The position numbers and the translations under genes were made by a program. From NCBI GenBank assembly GCA_028823235.1, contig JAPKBW010000001.1:142405-206404 (forward strand): a stretch of 64,000 bases of DNA, read 5' to 3'. Source of the stretch: Longimicrobiales bacterium (GTDB lineage: Bacteria > Gemmatimonadota > Gemmatimonadetes > Longimicrobiales > Gaopeijiaceae). Every line of letters begins with the position of its first letter. Position 1 is the first letter of the stretch. Shown here one piece after another: positions 49,533-59,056 of this stretch. The notes under the pieces were generated by a model. It did no database searches. It was not told the origin of the DNA and was given only the letters and a program-made list of their open reading frames with translations.

Positions 49533-50419
49533 CCAGGAACAACACGCTCGCCACCAACGAAGTCGACCTCGTCGCGGTGTCCGTGGCAGGTGCCGTCGCA
49601 CATCCCGGCTTTCCCGGGCTGCCTGCTGAGCCTTATCGGCTCGCGGCCGACGGTACGTCCTTCCTGCTGCCCACACACGGGGGAATCGTCTACAACGTCT
49701 CGGTGGGTGATCGGGCCTTCGGATGGGCGGCTGACTGCATTCATCCTGGAGTGAGCATCGGGCAGGCCGACGACAACAAGAACCGTGGATTGAACGTGTT
49801 CGCGTGTGTCGGGAACCGGGCCAAGGTGATGACCGGTGGAGCAGCTGGGACCACAGGTGTCGTCACCGGAAAGTCCGGTCGATTCTCCGAGCAGGTGATC
49901 GTCCACCTCCCCTGTGAAGCCAGGACTCGGATGGCCGTCGGCGACCAGGTCCTGGTGCGAGCCGAAGGGGTCGGAATGACACTCACAGACCACCCCGACG
50001 TGTCCCTGAAAGGCATCGCTCCTGGGCTCCTGGCAGCGCTTCCCGCAGAGGAAGAGGATGGCCAGGTGGCCTTCGGGGTCACGGCCCAGATCCCCGCACA
50101 TTTGGTGGGAGCAGGCCTCGGCCTGACATCCGAAGGCGGCAGCCTCCACATGCAGTCCACCGACCGCGAGTTGCTCGCAGAACTGGGACTCGACAGGCTG
50201 CGGCTCGGGGACCTCGTAGCCCTCGAAGACACGGACAGCCGGTACAATCACGGATACCTGCGTGGTGCACGGGCAATCGGCGTGGTCGCATCCACGGATG
50301 GTCCGCGTGCCGGTTATGGGCCCGGGATTGCCGTCTTCATGACCGCCCCGGGTGGCCAGCTTGGGAGCTTCGACGCTCCTGAGGCCAACCTCGTCGAGCT
50401 TCTGGGACTGGAAGACTGA
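49529..50419 (+). CDS. DUF4438 domain protein (copy 2)
   Basis: ATGA overlap with copy 1. [25 protein letters not shown] and ...[13 protein letters not shown] align with copy 1 along the full length. Confidence 0.6.
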   Translation: [296 protein letters not shown]

Positions 50420-50432
50420 TCCTGTGATTCCC

Positions 50433-51503
50433 ATGATCGCTGTGACCCGGGAGAGCCTCGGGGCCTTCGTGATTGAGGTCTTGCGTGCCATGAGTCTCCC
50501 TGCGGATGACGCCAAGATCTTTGGCGATGCCCTCCTCTTTTCGGAACTCCGCTTCCACCCCGGTCACGGCCAAGGCGTCAAGAAACTCAGGAAGTACGGA
50601 GAGCGCTTCGCGCAGGGCCTGATCGACCCGGCGGCGCCCTTCGAGGTCGTGAAAGAGAGCCCGGCCCTCGCGCTGGTCGACGCGCACAATGGGATCGGCA
50701 CCGTGGCCGCGACTCGTGCCATGAGACTCGCCGTCGAGAAGGCGAAGGTATGTGGGCTCGGGCAGGCCGTCGTACGCAATTCCACGCACTTCGGCTCGAG
50801 CGCCGTTCACGCTTCCGTGGCGGCAGAAGCCGGATGCATAGGAACTGCTCTCACCAACGCCGGACCCGAGATGGCTCCGTGGGGCGGCCGCGAAGGGGCG
50901 GTGGGAACCAATCCGTGGGGGATCGCTGCACCGACTGGACTCGGCTTCCCCGCCGTCCTCGATATAGCCCTGACTACCGCCGGCAAGGGAATGATGACCT
51001 GGCACGCGGCCGAGGGCCGTCCCATGCCACTCGACTGGGCGCTCACTCCCGACGGAGAGGAGACGGACGACCCGAATGCTGCGATGGCCGGAGCTCTCCT
51101 GGGGATTGGCACCTACAAAGGGTACGGACTGGCATTCATGACCGACGTGTTGACGGGGGTCATCAGTGGCGCCGGGTACGGCCTCACGCCCTACGCGGTG
51201 GCAGGGAAGATGGACGTCAGTCACACGCTGACCGCCATCGACATCGAGTGGTTCATGCCCCTCGATGAGTTTCGCCAACGCATGGACGACTTCACCGCCA
51301 TGGTAAAATCCAGGGCCCTCCGGCCAGGGTTCACTGAGATCCTCATTCCTGGTGAGCAAGAGGCTCGTCGGGTGACACGAAAGTCCGAGGTCGGGATCCC
51401 TCTGGAGAATCCGGCACTCGATGACCTCCGCGCGCTCGGAGCCGAGCTTGGTGTCGAAGCGGAGATCGTCGTGGTGGGCCCGTGGGAAGACGCCACGCTT
51501 TGA
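50433..51503 (+). CDS. Ldh_2 family (malate/L-lactate/ureidoglycolate dehydrogenase type 2) oxidoreductase
   Basis: HPGHGQG, VRNSTHFGSSAVHA, GTNPWGIAAP and YKGYGLAF motifs. Confidence 0.8.
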   Translation: MIAVTRESLGAFVIEVLRAMSLPADDAKIFGDALLFSELRFHPGHGQGVKKLRKYGERFAQGLIDPAAPFEVVKESPALALVDAHNGIGTVAATRAMRLAVEKAKVCGLGQAVVRNSTHFGSSAVHASVAAEAGCIGTALTNAGPEMAPWGGREGAVGTNPWGIAAPTGLGFPAVLDIALTTAGKGMMTWHAAEGRPMPLDWALTPDGEETDDPNAAMAGALLGIGTYKGYGLAFMTDVLTGVISGAGYGLTPYAVAGKMDVSHTLTAIDIEWFMPLDEFRQRMDDFTAMVKSRALRPGFTEILIPGEQEARRVTRKSEVGIPLENPALDDLRALGAELGVEAEIVVVGPWEDATL

Positions 51504-52651
51504 ACCCGCTCGCGGCTTCCTTCTACGAAGACGTCCGCGAGCGACTCCGGACACGGGCGCAGGCGGCGGGACTGGATGGCCTCCTGATCCTCGCCGCCGG
51601 GAATGTGACGTACGCGACAGGTTGGCACTTCTCGGTAAATGAGCGGCCCGTCGGGCTCTGGCTCCCGGTAGAGGGTTCGGCACTCCTTCTGGTTGCGCAC
51701 CTCGAGCTCGAGAACGCCATGGACGTTCGGGGGGTCGAAGTCCGTACCTATGTCGAGTTTCCCGGTGAGCGCCCGCCTGTCCTCTGGATGATCGAAGAGG
51801 CCGGCGCCCGGCGGATCGCCGTAGACTCACTGAGCGCCGAGCTCTTAGAGCCGGCCGAGGCGCTGCTTGATCGGCTCGATCTGACGGACCACACAAGCTT
51901 CGAGCGAGCAGTGAAGCACCCGCTCGAACTGGCACTGATCCGCGAAGCCTCCCGCTTCGCCGATCTGGTCCTCGAGCGATTGCTCTCAGCTGGCGGTGAC
52001 ATCATCGCGCAGGGGGGCTCCGAGGAGGACCTGTTAGCTGACTGCACCCGACACGTCCGGGACATCCTGCTCGATACGCACGGAGCAGCCTTCCAGGGTA
52101 CGAAGGTGGGCATCACGGCCACGGTCCATTCGGGGCCCCGGGCAGCCCTGCCGCACGGCACGGTCACCAGTCGGCGGCCACAGCCTGGCGAGCCGATCAT
52201 CGCAGGAATCGGCTGCAGCCTCGGAGGCTACCATGCTGAGAGCGGCGCCACGCTCGTTCTCGGAGAAATCTCCAAGGCGCAACGGGAAGTCATGAATGCG
52301 ATGGCCGATGCGGGTGCCGCCACGGTCGACGCACTCCAGCGTGGACTCACCTGCGCGCAGGTGAATGACGCAGCAACCGCCCCGATTCGAGGTGCCGGGC
52401 TCGGCGACGCCATCCGTCACCGAATCGGCCACGGGATGGGCGTCGAGGGCCACGAATCACCTTGGCTCGCACCTGGCGACCACACACCCACCACCCCTGG
52501 AATGGTCTTCTCCTGTGAGCCCGGCGTGTACCGCCCAGGCCTCGACGGATGGAGAACCATCGACACACTCGTCGTTGGCCCGGACCGGGTCGAACTGGCG
52601 AGCCGCTTCCAGACACACCACCCTCTCGACACTCGCACCCTTCCCTGCTGA
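51482..52651 (+). CDS. M24-family Xaa-Pro dipeptidase / creatinase-like hydrolase
   Basis: Creatinase-type N-domain (GLDGLLILAAGNVTYATG). Pita-bread ligands (GGYHAESG, HRIGHGMGVEGHE, FSCEPG). The start may instead be TTG 51500, which would overlap the upstream stop (TTGA). Confidence 0.8.
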   Translation: MGRRHALNPLAASFYEDVRERLRTRAQAAGLDGLLILAAGNVTYATGWHFSVNERPVGLWLPVEGSALLLVAHLELENAMDVRGVEVRTYVEFPGERPPVLWMIEEAGARRIAVDSLSAELLEPAEALLDRLDLTDHTSFERAVKHPLELALIREASRFADLVLERLLSAGGDIIAQGGSEEDLLADCTRHVRDILLDTHGAAFQGTKVGITATVHSGPRAALPHGTVTSRRPQPGEPIIAGIGCSLGGYHAESGATLVLGEISKAQREVMNAMADAGAATVDALQRGLTCAQVNDAATAPIRGAGLGDAIRHRIGHGMGVEGHESPWLAPGDHTPTTPGMVFSCEPGVYRPGLDGWRTIDTLVVGPDRVELASRFQTHHPLDTRTLPC

Positions 52652-52663
52652 GGAGCCCGTAGC

Positions 52664-53890
52664 ATGCCTGAGCCCGCCGCATGGCGATATCAGAAGATCA
52701 CGAAGCCCATGTTCGACCTACCCACCCCGCACCTCGTGCTGACCGGCAGAGTTCTGACCATGGCGGGTGACGTGATCGAAGAAGGGTTCGTCGAGATCAA
52801 GGATGGGCAGATCGCGTCAGTCGGCACGCTTGTCGACCTGAACGCCGGTGACGCCGAGGTAGAGGAGACCGGTGGCACCCTAATGCCGGGCCTCATCAAC
52901 AGCCATGCCCACCTGAACTGGGACGGGATCCACGACCTGGCTCGCCAGTCCATGGATGACCCTCGCCCGATCTCCGCATTCAAGGCCGCCGGCAACATGC
53001 TCAAGAGCCTGAGCGCCGGAGTGACGATGGTCCGGGACCTTGGCTTTCACGACATGAACCTCTTCTCCAAGCAGGCCTTGGAGCAGGGGATCTTCCCCGG
53101 ACCGAGGCTGAAGGTCTGCGGGTCCGCCATCATCCAGACGGGTGGACACACCTACTGGGTCTGTCAGGAGGCCAGCGGGGCGGACGAGATGCGCCGTGCA
53201 GTTCGGGAACAGGTCAAAGGGGGCGCCGACCTCATCAAGATCATGGCCTGCCACGACACCCTCGAGTTCACCGACGAGGAGCTCAAGGCCGTCATCGACG
53301 AAGCCCACCGAAACGGGCTGCCCATAACAGCACACGCCACATACGACGCCTGTATTGAAAGGGTGGTTCGATTTGGTGTAGACTGCGTCGAACACGGAGG
53401 GTCCATGTCAGACTCGACCGTGGCATTGCTCGTCGAAAAGGGCATTCCAGTTGTCACGACCTTCGCACCGATCGTCCAACAGAGTCAGCCTGAGATCGCG
53501 CGTCAGTTCGGGATCCCGGAATGGAAGATCGAAGAACGGCAGAAGGCCGTGGCTGACCCGACGCGCTACGAAGGCCTCATCCGGGCGGCCAAGGCCGGGG
53601 TCTCCATCGTCTTCGGGACGGACGCCGGAAGCCCGGCCGTGGAACACGACGTGATCGCGCCCGAGCTCATCCACATGGTTAAGGTCGGGGTGTGCAGCGA
53701 CAACATGGATGCCCTGGCTTCCATCACGATCCGAGCCGCCCGCGTATCGAACATGGAAGATGTCGTGGGCACACTTGAGGTGGGCAAAGCCGCCGACCTC
53801 ATCGTCGTGGACGGCAATCCGGACGAGGACCTGAGTGCACTCGAACACGTGACCACAACGTTCGTCGGTGGACGGAGGATGTACGGATGA
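52664..53890 (+). CDS. Amidohydrolase-family metallo-hydrolase
   Basis: GLINSHAHLNW (HxH), KIMAC, ITAHAT, VEHGG, GTDAG. Confidence 0.8.
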   Translation: MPEPAAWRYQKITKPMFDLPTPHLVLTGRVLTMAGDVIEEGFVEIKDGQIASVGTLVDLNAGDAEVEETGGTLMPGLINSHAHLNWDGIHDLARQSMDDPRPISAFKAAGNMLKSLSAGVTMVRDLGFHDMNLFSKQALEQGIFPGPRLKVCGSAIIQTGGHTYWVCQEASGADEMRRAVREQVKGGADLIKIMACHDTLEFTDEELKAVIDEAHRNGLPITAHATYDACIERVVRFGVDCVEHGGSMSDSTVALLVEKGIPVVTTFAPIVQQSQPEIARQFGIPEWKIEERQKAVADPTRYEGLIRAAKAGVSIVFGTDAGSPAVEHDVIAPELIHMVKVGVCSDNMDALASITIRAARVSNMEDVVGTLEVGKAADLIVVDGNPDEDLSALEHVTTTFVGGRRMYG

Positions 53891-55065
53891 GCCTGCTGAC
53901 TGACCGCCTCGCCCCTCGCATCGTCGAAGAAGACGGAGCCTTTCGGACCCGGATGCTGGGCATCGCCGCCAGCCTGACTGACGTCATCGCGCTCGGGCGA
54001 GGTGACCCAGACTTCCACACACCCGCACACATCGTCGAGGCGGCAAAGGCTGCCCTCGATGCGAATCACCATCACTACACGGGCCCCAATGGTATCCAGC
54101 CGCTGAGAGAGGCCATCGCCGCCGACCTCACGGCCCGTTACGGGCTCGACTACGAGTCAGACGAGATCATGGTGACCGCCGGTGCCCAAGAAGGCATCAT
54201 GCTCACCATGCTGGGGCTGTGCTCCCCGGGAGACGAGGTGCTCATCACGAGCCCCCGCTTCACGACGTACGACACTGCGGTTCGCCTTTGCGGCGGCACA
54301 CCGATTCCCGTCCCCACCTTCGAACGGGATGACTTCGCCCTCGACGTGGCGGAGATCGAGAAGCGAATCACGCCGCGCACGCGGATGTTCGTGCTCGTCT
54401 CTCCAAACAATCCAACAGGTGCTGTGACCCCACCTGATGCCATCCGGGCTATCGCCGATCTGGCCATCCGCCATGACTTGATCATCGTCGCCGACGAGAT
54501 CTATGGCCGGATGATCTACGCACCCAACGAGCATCTCTCCATCGCCACTCTGAAGGGCATGCGAGAGCGAACCATCACGCTCAACGGCTTCTCCAAGACC
54601 TACTCGATGACAGGATGGCGAGTCGGGTACCTCGCCGCCCCGGCAGAGCTGGTGGAGATGCTGGTCGAACCCAGGCACACCCTTTCCATCAACACGTGCA
54701 CCATCAGCCAATACGCGGCGCTGGCGGCTCTCACGGGTCCGCAGGAGCCCATCGACGCGATGATCGACGAGTATGCAGAGCGTCGGGCCTGGCTCATGCC
54801 GGCCCTGACCGAGGCCGGCTTCAGCTACGGACACCCGGGAGGTGCGTTCTACATCTACACAAACGTCTCCACAGCAGGGCTACCCTCCCCGCTCTTCTGC
54901 GAACGGCTCCTTCAGGAAACGGGCGTAATGCTCTTTCCGGGCACCATGTTCGGGGATGAAAGCACCGACTACATCCGAATCAGCTACCTCCAGCCGCTCC
55001 CGATGATCAAGGAGGCGATGGAACGCATCGCCTCCTTCACTTCAAGCGCCCGCGCCGCTCAATGA
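53887..55065 (+). CDS. Class I/II pyridoxal-phosphate-dependent aminotransferase (paralog of 45771-46973)
   Basis: ATGA overlap upstream. LGRGDPDFHTP, SPNNPTG, NGFSKTYSMTGWRVGY. Confidence 0.85.
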   Translation: MSLLTDRLAPRIVEEDGAFRTRMLGIAASLTDVIALGRGDPDFHTPAHIVEAAKAALDANHHHYTGPNGIQPLREAIAADLTARYGLDYESDEIMVTAGAQEGIMLTMLGLCSPGDEVLITSPRFTTYDTAVRLCGGTPIPVPTFERDDFALDVAEIEKRITPRTRMFVLVSPNNPTGAVTPPDAIRAIADLAIRHDLIIVADEIYGRMIYAPNEHLSIATLKGMRERTITLNGFSKTYSMTGWRVGYLAAPAELVEMLVEPRHTLSINTCTISQYAALAALTGPQEPIDAMIDEYAERRAWLMPALTEAGFSYGHPGGAFYIYTNVSTAGLPSPLFCERLLQETGVMLFPGTMFGDESTDYIRISYLQPLPMIKEAMERIASFTSSARAAQ

Positions 55066-56486
55066 CCAGCCCCGACAAGAAAGACCGATTCGTCGGCATT
55101 CAGCTAAGTCCCATCAGCTTCGTCGACGAAGGCGTGGACACCGTCCTCGACACGCTGCAGAACCGCGTGGGCGTCAACGTGCTGATGCTCGGCACGGTGA
55201 GCTGGCTTGGACTCAAATCCGGCCGTTCGATCAGCCATGAACTCGACGGGTGGCCGGACCACGGAGTACCCGAGCCGTACCAGATGCGCGGCGGTGCATA
55301 TTTCGACCCGGATCCCAGGTACTACAACGACACCTTCATGGCGGACTACCGGAGCCAGGATCCCGAGTTCGCTGGCCGTGACATCCTCAAGATGGTGATC
55401 CCTGAAGCGCACGCTCGGGGAATGAAGGTCTACATCGAGTTGATGGAGCCGTTCTTCAAGTATGCCGGACATGGCTCTGCCGGAAACGTCGAAGTGCCGA
55501 CGCTGGCCCAGGCGATGGAAGTGGACCTCTTTGGGCGCATCGGTGGCGAGCCATCGACCTCGAATCCTGAGTACCGACGCTGGGTTCACTCCATGATCGA
55601 GGACCAGGTCCGGAATCATCCTCTCGATGGCGTAATGTGGTGCAACGAGCGGAACTCCCCCCTCGACACCCTGATCCAGGGAGGCGCTCCCGGCGACTTC
55701 TCTGAGCAAGCACGGAGAGAGGCGACAGAGCGAGGGATCAACGTCGAGGCGTGCAGAAATGCGCTCCTCCACCTGTATGATTTCATGCAAGAGGCGGCCG
55801 CCGGAAAAACCTTCGTCGACGGCTCGCTCATCACGTTCATGAGAGTACTCCTGGACAACCCGGAAGCTCTCATCTGGGAAAAATTCTGGCTCGAACGAAA
55901 CAAAGACCTGGACCGGGAACTCTACGGGCTGGTGAAGTGGTGCCGCCCAGACCTGCCCTTCGGCTTGAACGTCTGGAATCGCAATCACTTCAACCCGATC
56001 CGTCGGGCGCAGTGGCCGTGGGCCGAGCAGACTCGATACGCCGACTTCGTGAAGCCGATCACGTATCAGCATCAGGCCGGTGAGGTCTGGAACAAAGAGC
56101 TCGGCTTCTTCCGCAAGACGATCCTCCGTGACTTCGAACCGGACGAAGCCACCCGGGCCCTGTTCCGAATTCTGGGCCTCAATGAGGCTCCGTTCGACGA
56201 GCTGATCGCCACAGGCATGGACCCCGATACGTACGTCCACGGTCAGTGCGCGGACGCGGTGCGAGGCGTCGATGGAAAGGCGAACGTCTACATGGGCATC
56301 GGAGTGGATGCCCCTCGTACCAATCCGGAGACCGCGAAGTGCTCCAAGGACATCGTCTACCGCTCCGTCATGGAGACGTACAGGGCCGGCGGAGACGGCG
56401 TGGTCCTGGCCCCCAACTATGCGTCCATGCACCTCACCCATCTGGACGGCGTCGCACAGGCTCTCGACGAGCTGGGCTTGAGGTGA
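55062..56486 (+). CDS. Hypothetical protein, possibly a TIM-barrel glycosidase-like fold
   Basis: 474-aa ORF coupled at both ends (ATGA upstream, 3-nt gap downstream). No signal peptide and no motif I can assign. GMKVYIELMEP and VMWCNERNSP are reminiscent of the beta-strand-4 NE motif of clan GH-A barrels (weak). Confidence 0.55.
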   Translation: MTSPDKKDRFVGIQLSPISFVDEGVDTVLDTLQNRVGVNVLMLGTVSWLGLKSGRSISHELDGWPDHGVPEPYQMRGGAYFDPDPRYYNDTFMADYRSQDPEFAGRDILKMVIPEAHARGMKVYIELMEPFFKYAGHGSAGNVEVPTLAQAMEVDLFGRIGGEPSTSNPEYRRWVHSMIEDQVRNHPLDGVMWCNERNSPLDTLIQGGAPGDFSEQARREATERGINVEACRNALLHLYDFMQEAAAGKTFVDGSLITFMRVLLDNPEALIWEKFWLERNKDLDRELYGLVKWCRPDLPFGLNVWNRNHFNPIRRAQWPWAEQTRYADFVKPITYQHQAGEVWNKELGFFRKTILRDFEPDEATRALFRILGLNEAPFDELIATGMDPDTYVHGQCADAVRGVDGKANVYMGIGVDAPRTNPETAKCSKDIVYRSVMETYRAGGDGVVLAPNYASMHLTHLDGVAQALDELGLR

Positions 56487-56489
56487 GCC

Positions 56490-57497
56490 TTGAGTAGCTC
56501 ACCCCTGCTAGAGGTCCGGGACCTGCAGACCAGCTTCGTCTTGGGGCGACGCACCATGGTCGCAGTAGACGGGGTTGGATTCACGGTGGACGCCGGTGAG
56601 ACTCTCGCCATCGTCGGGGAGAGTGGGTCGGGGAAGTCCGTCACTGCGCTGTCCGTCATGCGGCTTCTTCCCGCCAGGGTAGGCCAGATCACGCAGGGGT
56701 CGGTCCGGCTCGGTGAGAAAGACCTCGTCCAATTGCCCGAGGAGGAGATGCGTACCATTCGGGGAAAGGAGATCGGCATGATTTTCCAGGAACCGATGAC
56801 GAGCCTCAACCCTGTGCACACCATAGGCGCACAAATTTCAGAAGTCCTGATCGAGCACGAGGGGCTCTCCCACGCGGAGGCCCGAACGCGCGCGATCGAA
56901 CAGCTCGAGATCGTCGGCATATCGGAGCCGGCACTCCGCGTGGACAGCTATCCCCACGAGATGTCCGGCGGAATGCGTCAGCGTGCCATGATCGCCATGG
57001 CGCTCGCATGCCGTCCGAGTCTCCTGATTGCTGACGAACCCACCACTGCACTGGACGTGACGATTCAAGCCCAAGTCCTGGATCTCATGGAGGAGCTTCA
57101 GGAACAGTTGGGCATGGCGATCATTTTCATCACCCACGACCTCGGCGTCGTGGCCCAGATGGCGCAGCGAGTGGTGGTGATGTACGCCGGGCAGGTCGTC
57201 GAAAGTGCTTCTGTGACAGAGATCTTCGGACGCCCCCGGATGCCCTACACGGCCGGGCTCATCGCATCGATTCCTCGACTCGGTAGTGCAAACGGAAAGC
57301 AGCGTCTCCGGACGATTCCCGGCAACGTACCATCCATTTCGGAGCGACCTGCCGGCTGTCGGTTCTCCACCCGATGCCCGCACGTGCAACCCGAATGCCG
57401 GACGACCGATCCACCCCTCGAGCAGATCTCCGAGGGGCACGAGGTTCGCTGTCTTCGCTGGCGCGAGCTGGACCTGACCGAAGAGGTCACGTCGTGA
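56490..57497 (+). CDS. ABC transporter ATP-binding protein, DppD/OppD-like
   Basis: Walker A GESGSGKS, signature MSGGMRQR, Walker [13 protein letters not shown], and the oligopeptide-type C-terminal Cys-rich tail. TTG start. Confidence 0.9.
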   Translation: MSSSPLLEVRDLQTSFVLGRRTMVAVDGVGFTVDAGETLAIVGESGSGKSVTALSVMRLLPARVGQITQGSVRLGEKDLVQLPEEEMRTIRGKEIGMIFQEPMTSLNPVHTIGAQISEVLIEHEGLSHAEARTRAIEQLEIVGISEPALRVDSYPHEMSGGMRQRAMIAMALACRPSLLIADEPTTALDVTIQAQVLDLMEELQEQLGMAIIFITHDLGVVAQMAQRVVVMYAGQVVESASVTEIFGRPRMPYTAGLIASIPRLGSANGKQRLRTIPGNVPSISERPAGCRFSTRCPHVQPECRTTDPPLEQISEGHEVRCLRWRELDLTEEVTS

Positions 57498-58462
57498 GCG
57501 ATCACCTCCTCCAGGTCGAAGGCCTCGTCAAGCACTTTCCCGTCCGAGGGGGAGCGCTGAACCGGATAGTCAGTCAGGTGCAGGCGGTAAACGGCGTCTC
57601 CTTTACTGTGCGCCGCGGCGAGGTTCTCGGCCTCGTAGGCGAGAGCGGTTCAGGGAAGACCACGGTCGGCCGCCTGGTGCTCCGCCTTGAAGAGGCGACT
57701 GCCGGAAAGGTCGTGTTCGACGGTACCAACGTACTGGACCTGTCCAAGAGAGATCTGCGCCGCTTCCGCAAACGGATGCAGATCATCTTCCAGGACCCCT
57801 ACGCCAGCCTGAATCCGCGAGAGAAGGTTCGGACAGTCATCGGCCATGCCCTCGCCTTGCACAGCATCGGCACGCCCGCGAGTCGGCCCGACCGGACCGT
57901 CGAACTCATCGAGCAGGTGGGCCTCTCCACGGCCCACCTGGATCGGTTCCCGCATGAGTTCTCCGGTGGGCAGCGACAGAGGATCGGTATCGCGCGGGCG
58001 CTTGCTGTGAACCCGGACTTCCTGGTCGCCGACGAACCGGTCTCTGCGCTCGACGTCTCGATCCAGGCGCAAGTCATAAACCTTCTGAGCGATCTCAAAG
58101 AAGAACTCGATCTTACGATGCTCTTCATTGCCCACGACCTGGCCGTGGTGGAGCACATCTGCGATCGGGTAGCCGTAATGTATCTCGGCAAGATTATGGA
58201 AATCGCCCCGTCCAACGCCCTCTACAGAACTCCCAACCATCCCTACACCGAGGCGCTTCTCTCTGCTGTCCCGGTGCCTGAGCCGGGACGTCAGCGGAAA
58301 CGGACAGTCCTGAGCGGTGACATTCCTAGTCCGATCGACCCCCCGTCAGGGTGCGTTTTTCGAAGCCGCTGCCCTCGCGCCGAGGCGATCTGCGCGGAGG
58401 AAGTGCCGCATCTGAAGAAGGTGGGGCCGGATCACTTCAGTGCCTGTCACCTCACCACTTGA
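57494..58462 (+). CDS. ABC transporter ATP-binding protein, DppF/OppF-like
   Basis: GTG 57494 overlaps the upstream stop (GTGA). Walker A GESGSGKT, signature FSGGQRQR, Walker [13 protein letters not shown]. Confidence 0.9.
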   Translation: MSDHLLQVEGLVKHFPVRGGALNRIVSQVQAVNGVSFTVRRGEVLGLVGESGSGKTTVGRLVLRLEEATAGKVVFDGTNVLDLSKRDLRRFRKRMQIIFQDPYASLNPREKVRTVIGHALALHSIGTPASRPDRTVELIEQVGLSTAHLDRFPHEFSGGQRQRIGIARALAVNPDFLVADEPVSALDVSIQAQVINLLSDLKEELDLTMLFIAHDLAVVEHICDRVAVMYLGKIMEIAPSNALYRTPNHPYTEALLSAVPVPEPGRQRKRTVLSGDIPSPIDPPSGCVFRSRCPRAEAICAEEVPHLKKVGPDHFSACHLTT

Positions 58463-58505
58463 GTACACACCAGGCGTGTTTGCGCGCCACTGACGGAGAA
58501 GATCC

Positions 58506-58988
58506 ATGTCCCGACTGACCCTGGGAATCGCATCACTTGTCCTGCTCGCATCCTGCTCGCCGGCCGTGTCTTCCGACCCGCCCCGTGACATGGCGGCTGA
58601 GGTCGCCTCGCTGAGCGAGGCCGCAATTGCATACCATGCTGCCGCCACAGCCAAGGACGCTGCAACGGTCGTCGCGAGCTACGATTGGGATGCCGTGATG
58701 GTGCCCCCGAACGAGTCGCTCGTGGAAGGAATCACTGAAGTGCAGTACTACCGGTTCGGCTTCATCTCCACCCCCGGCGTCTCCCTCGATTTCGAACTCC
58801 TGAGGGTAGAGGTCTCTGAGAACGGCGACATGGGATGGACGCTAGCGGAAGGCGATATCACGATCGAACAGGACGGCGCCGAGCCGGGTCAGGATCTCGT
58901 GCGTGACTTCCACGTCTGGTCGAGACAGCCAGACGGGCGCTGGACAGTGGTCGTCGACGTATGGAATTCGGGAATGCCTACCGGGTAG
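58506..58988 (+). CDS. NTF2-like (SnoaL/DUF4440-type) lipoprotein
   Basis: Lipobox LLASCS. About 140-aa mature domain ending ...FHVWSRQPDGRWTVVVDVWN, typical of DUF4440/SnoaL-like folds. Confidence 0.55.
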   Translation: MSRLTLGIASLVLLASCSPAVSSDPPRDMAAEVASLSEAAIAYHAAATAKDAATVVASYDWDAVMVPPNESLVEGITEVQYYRFGFISTPGVSLDFELLRVEVSENGDMGWTLAEGDITIEQDGAEPGQDLVRDFHVWSRQPDGRWTVVVDVWNSGMPTG

Positions 58989-59056
58989 CGGGATGCGGTC
59001 GCCCCGTCAGCGACTGCACGGCTCTTCGACTATTCCGGTCGGACGGACGTGAGAGA

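Noticed and set aside
50337-51935. 532-aa ORF on the minus strand
   Set aside because: It is antisense to two well-supported plus-strand genes (Ldh_2 and M24). Its translation is Arg/Pro/Gly/Ser-rich low-complexity sequence with no motifs, which is the typical shadow ORF of high-GC DNA.
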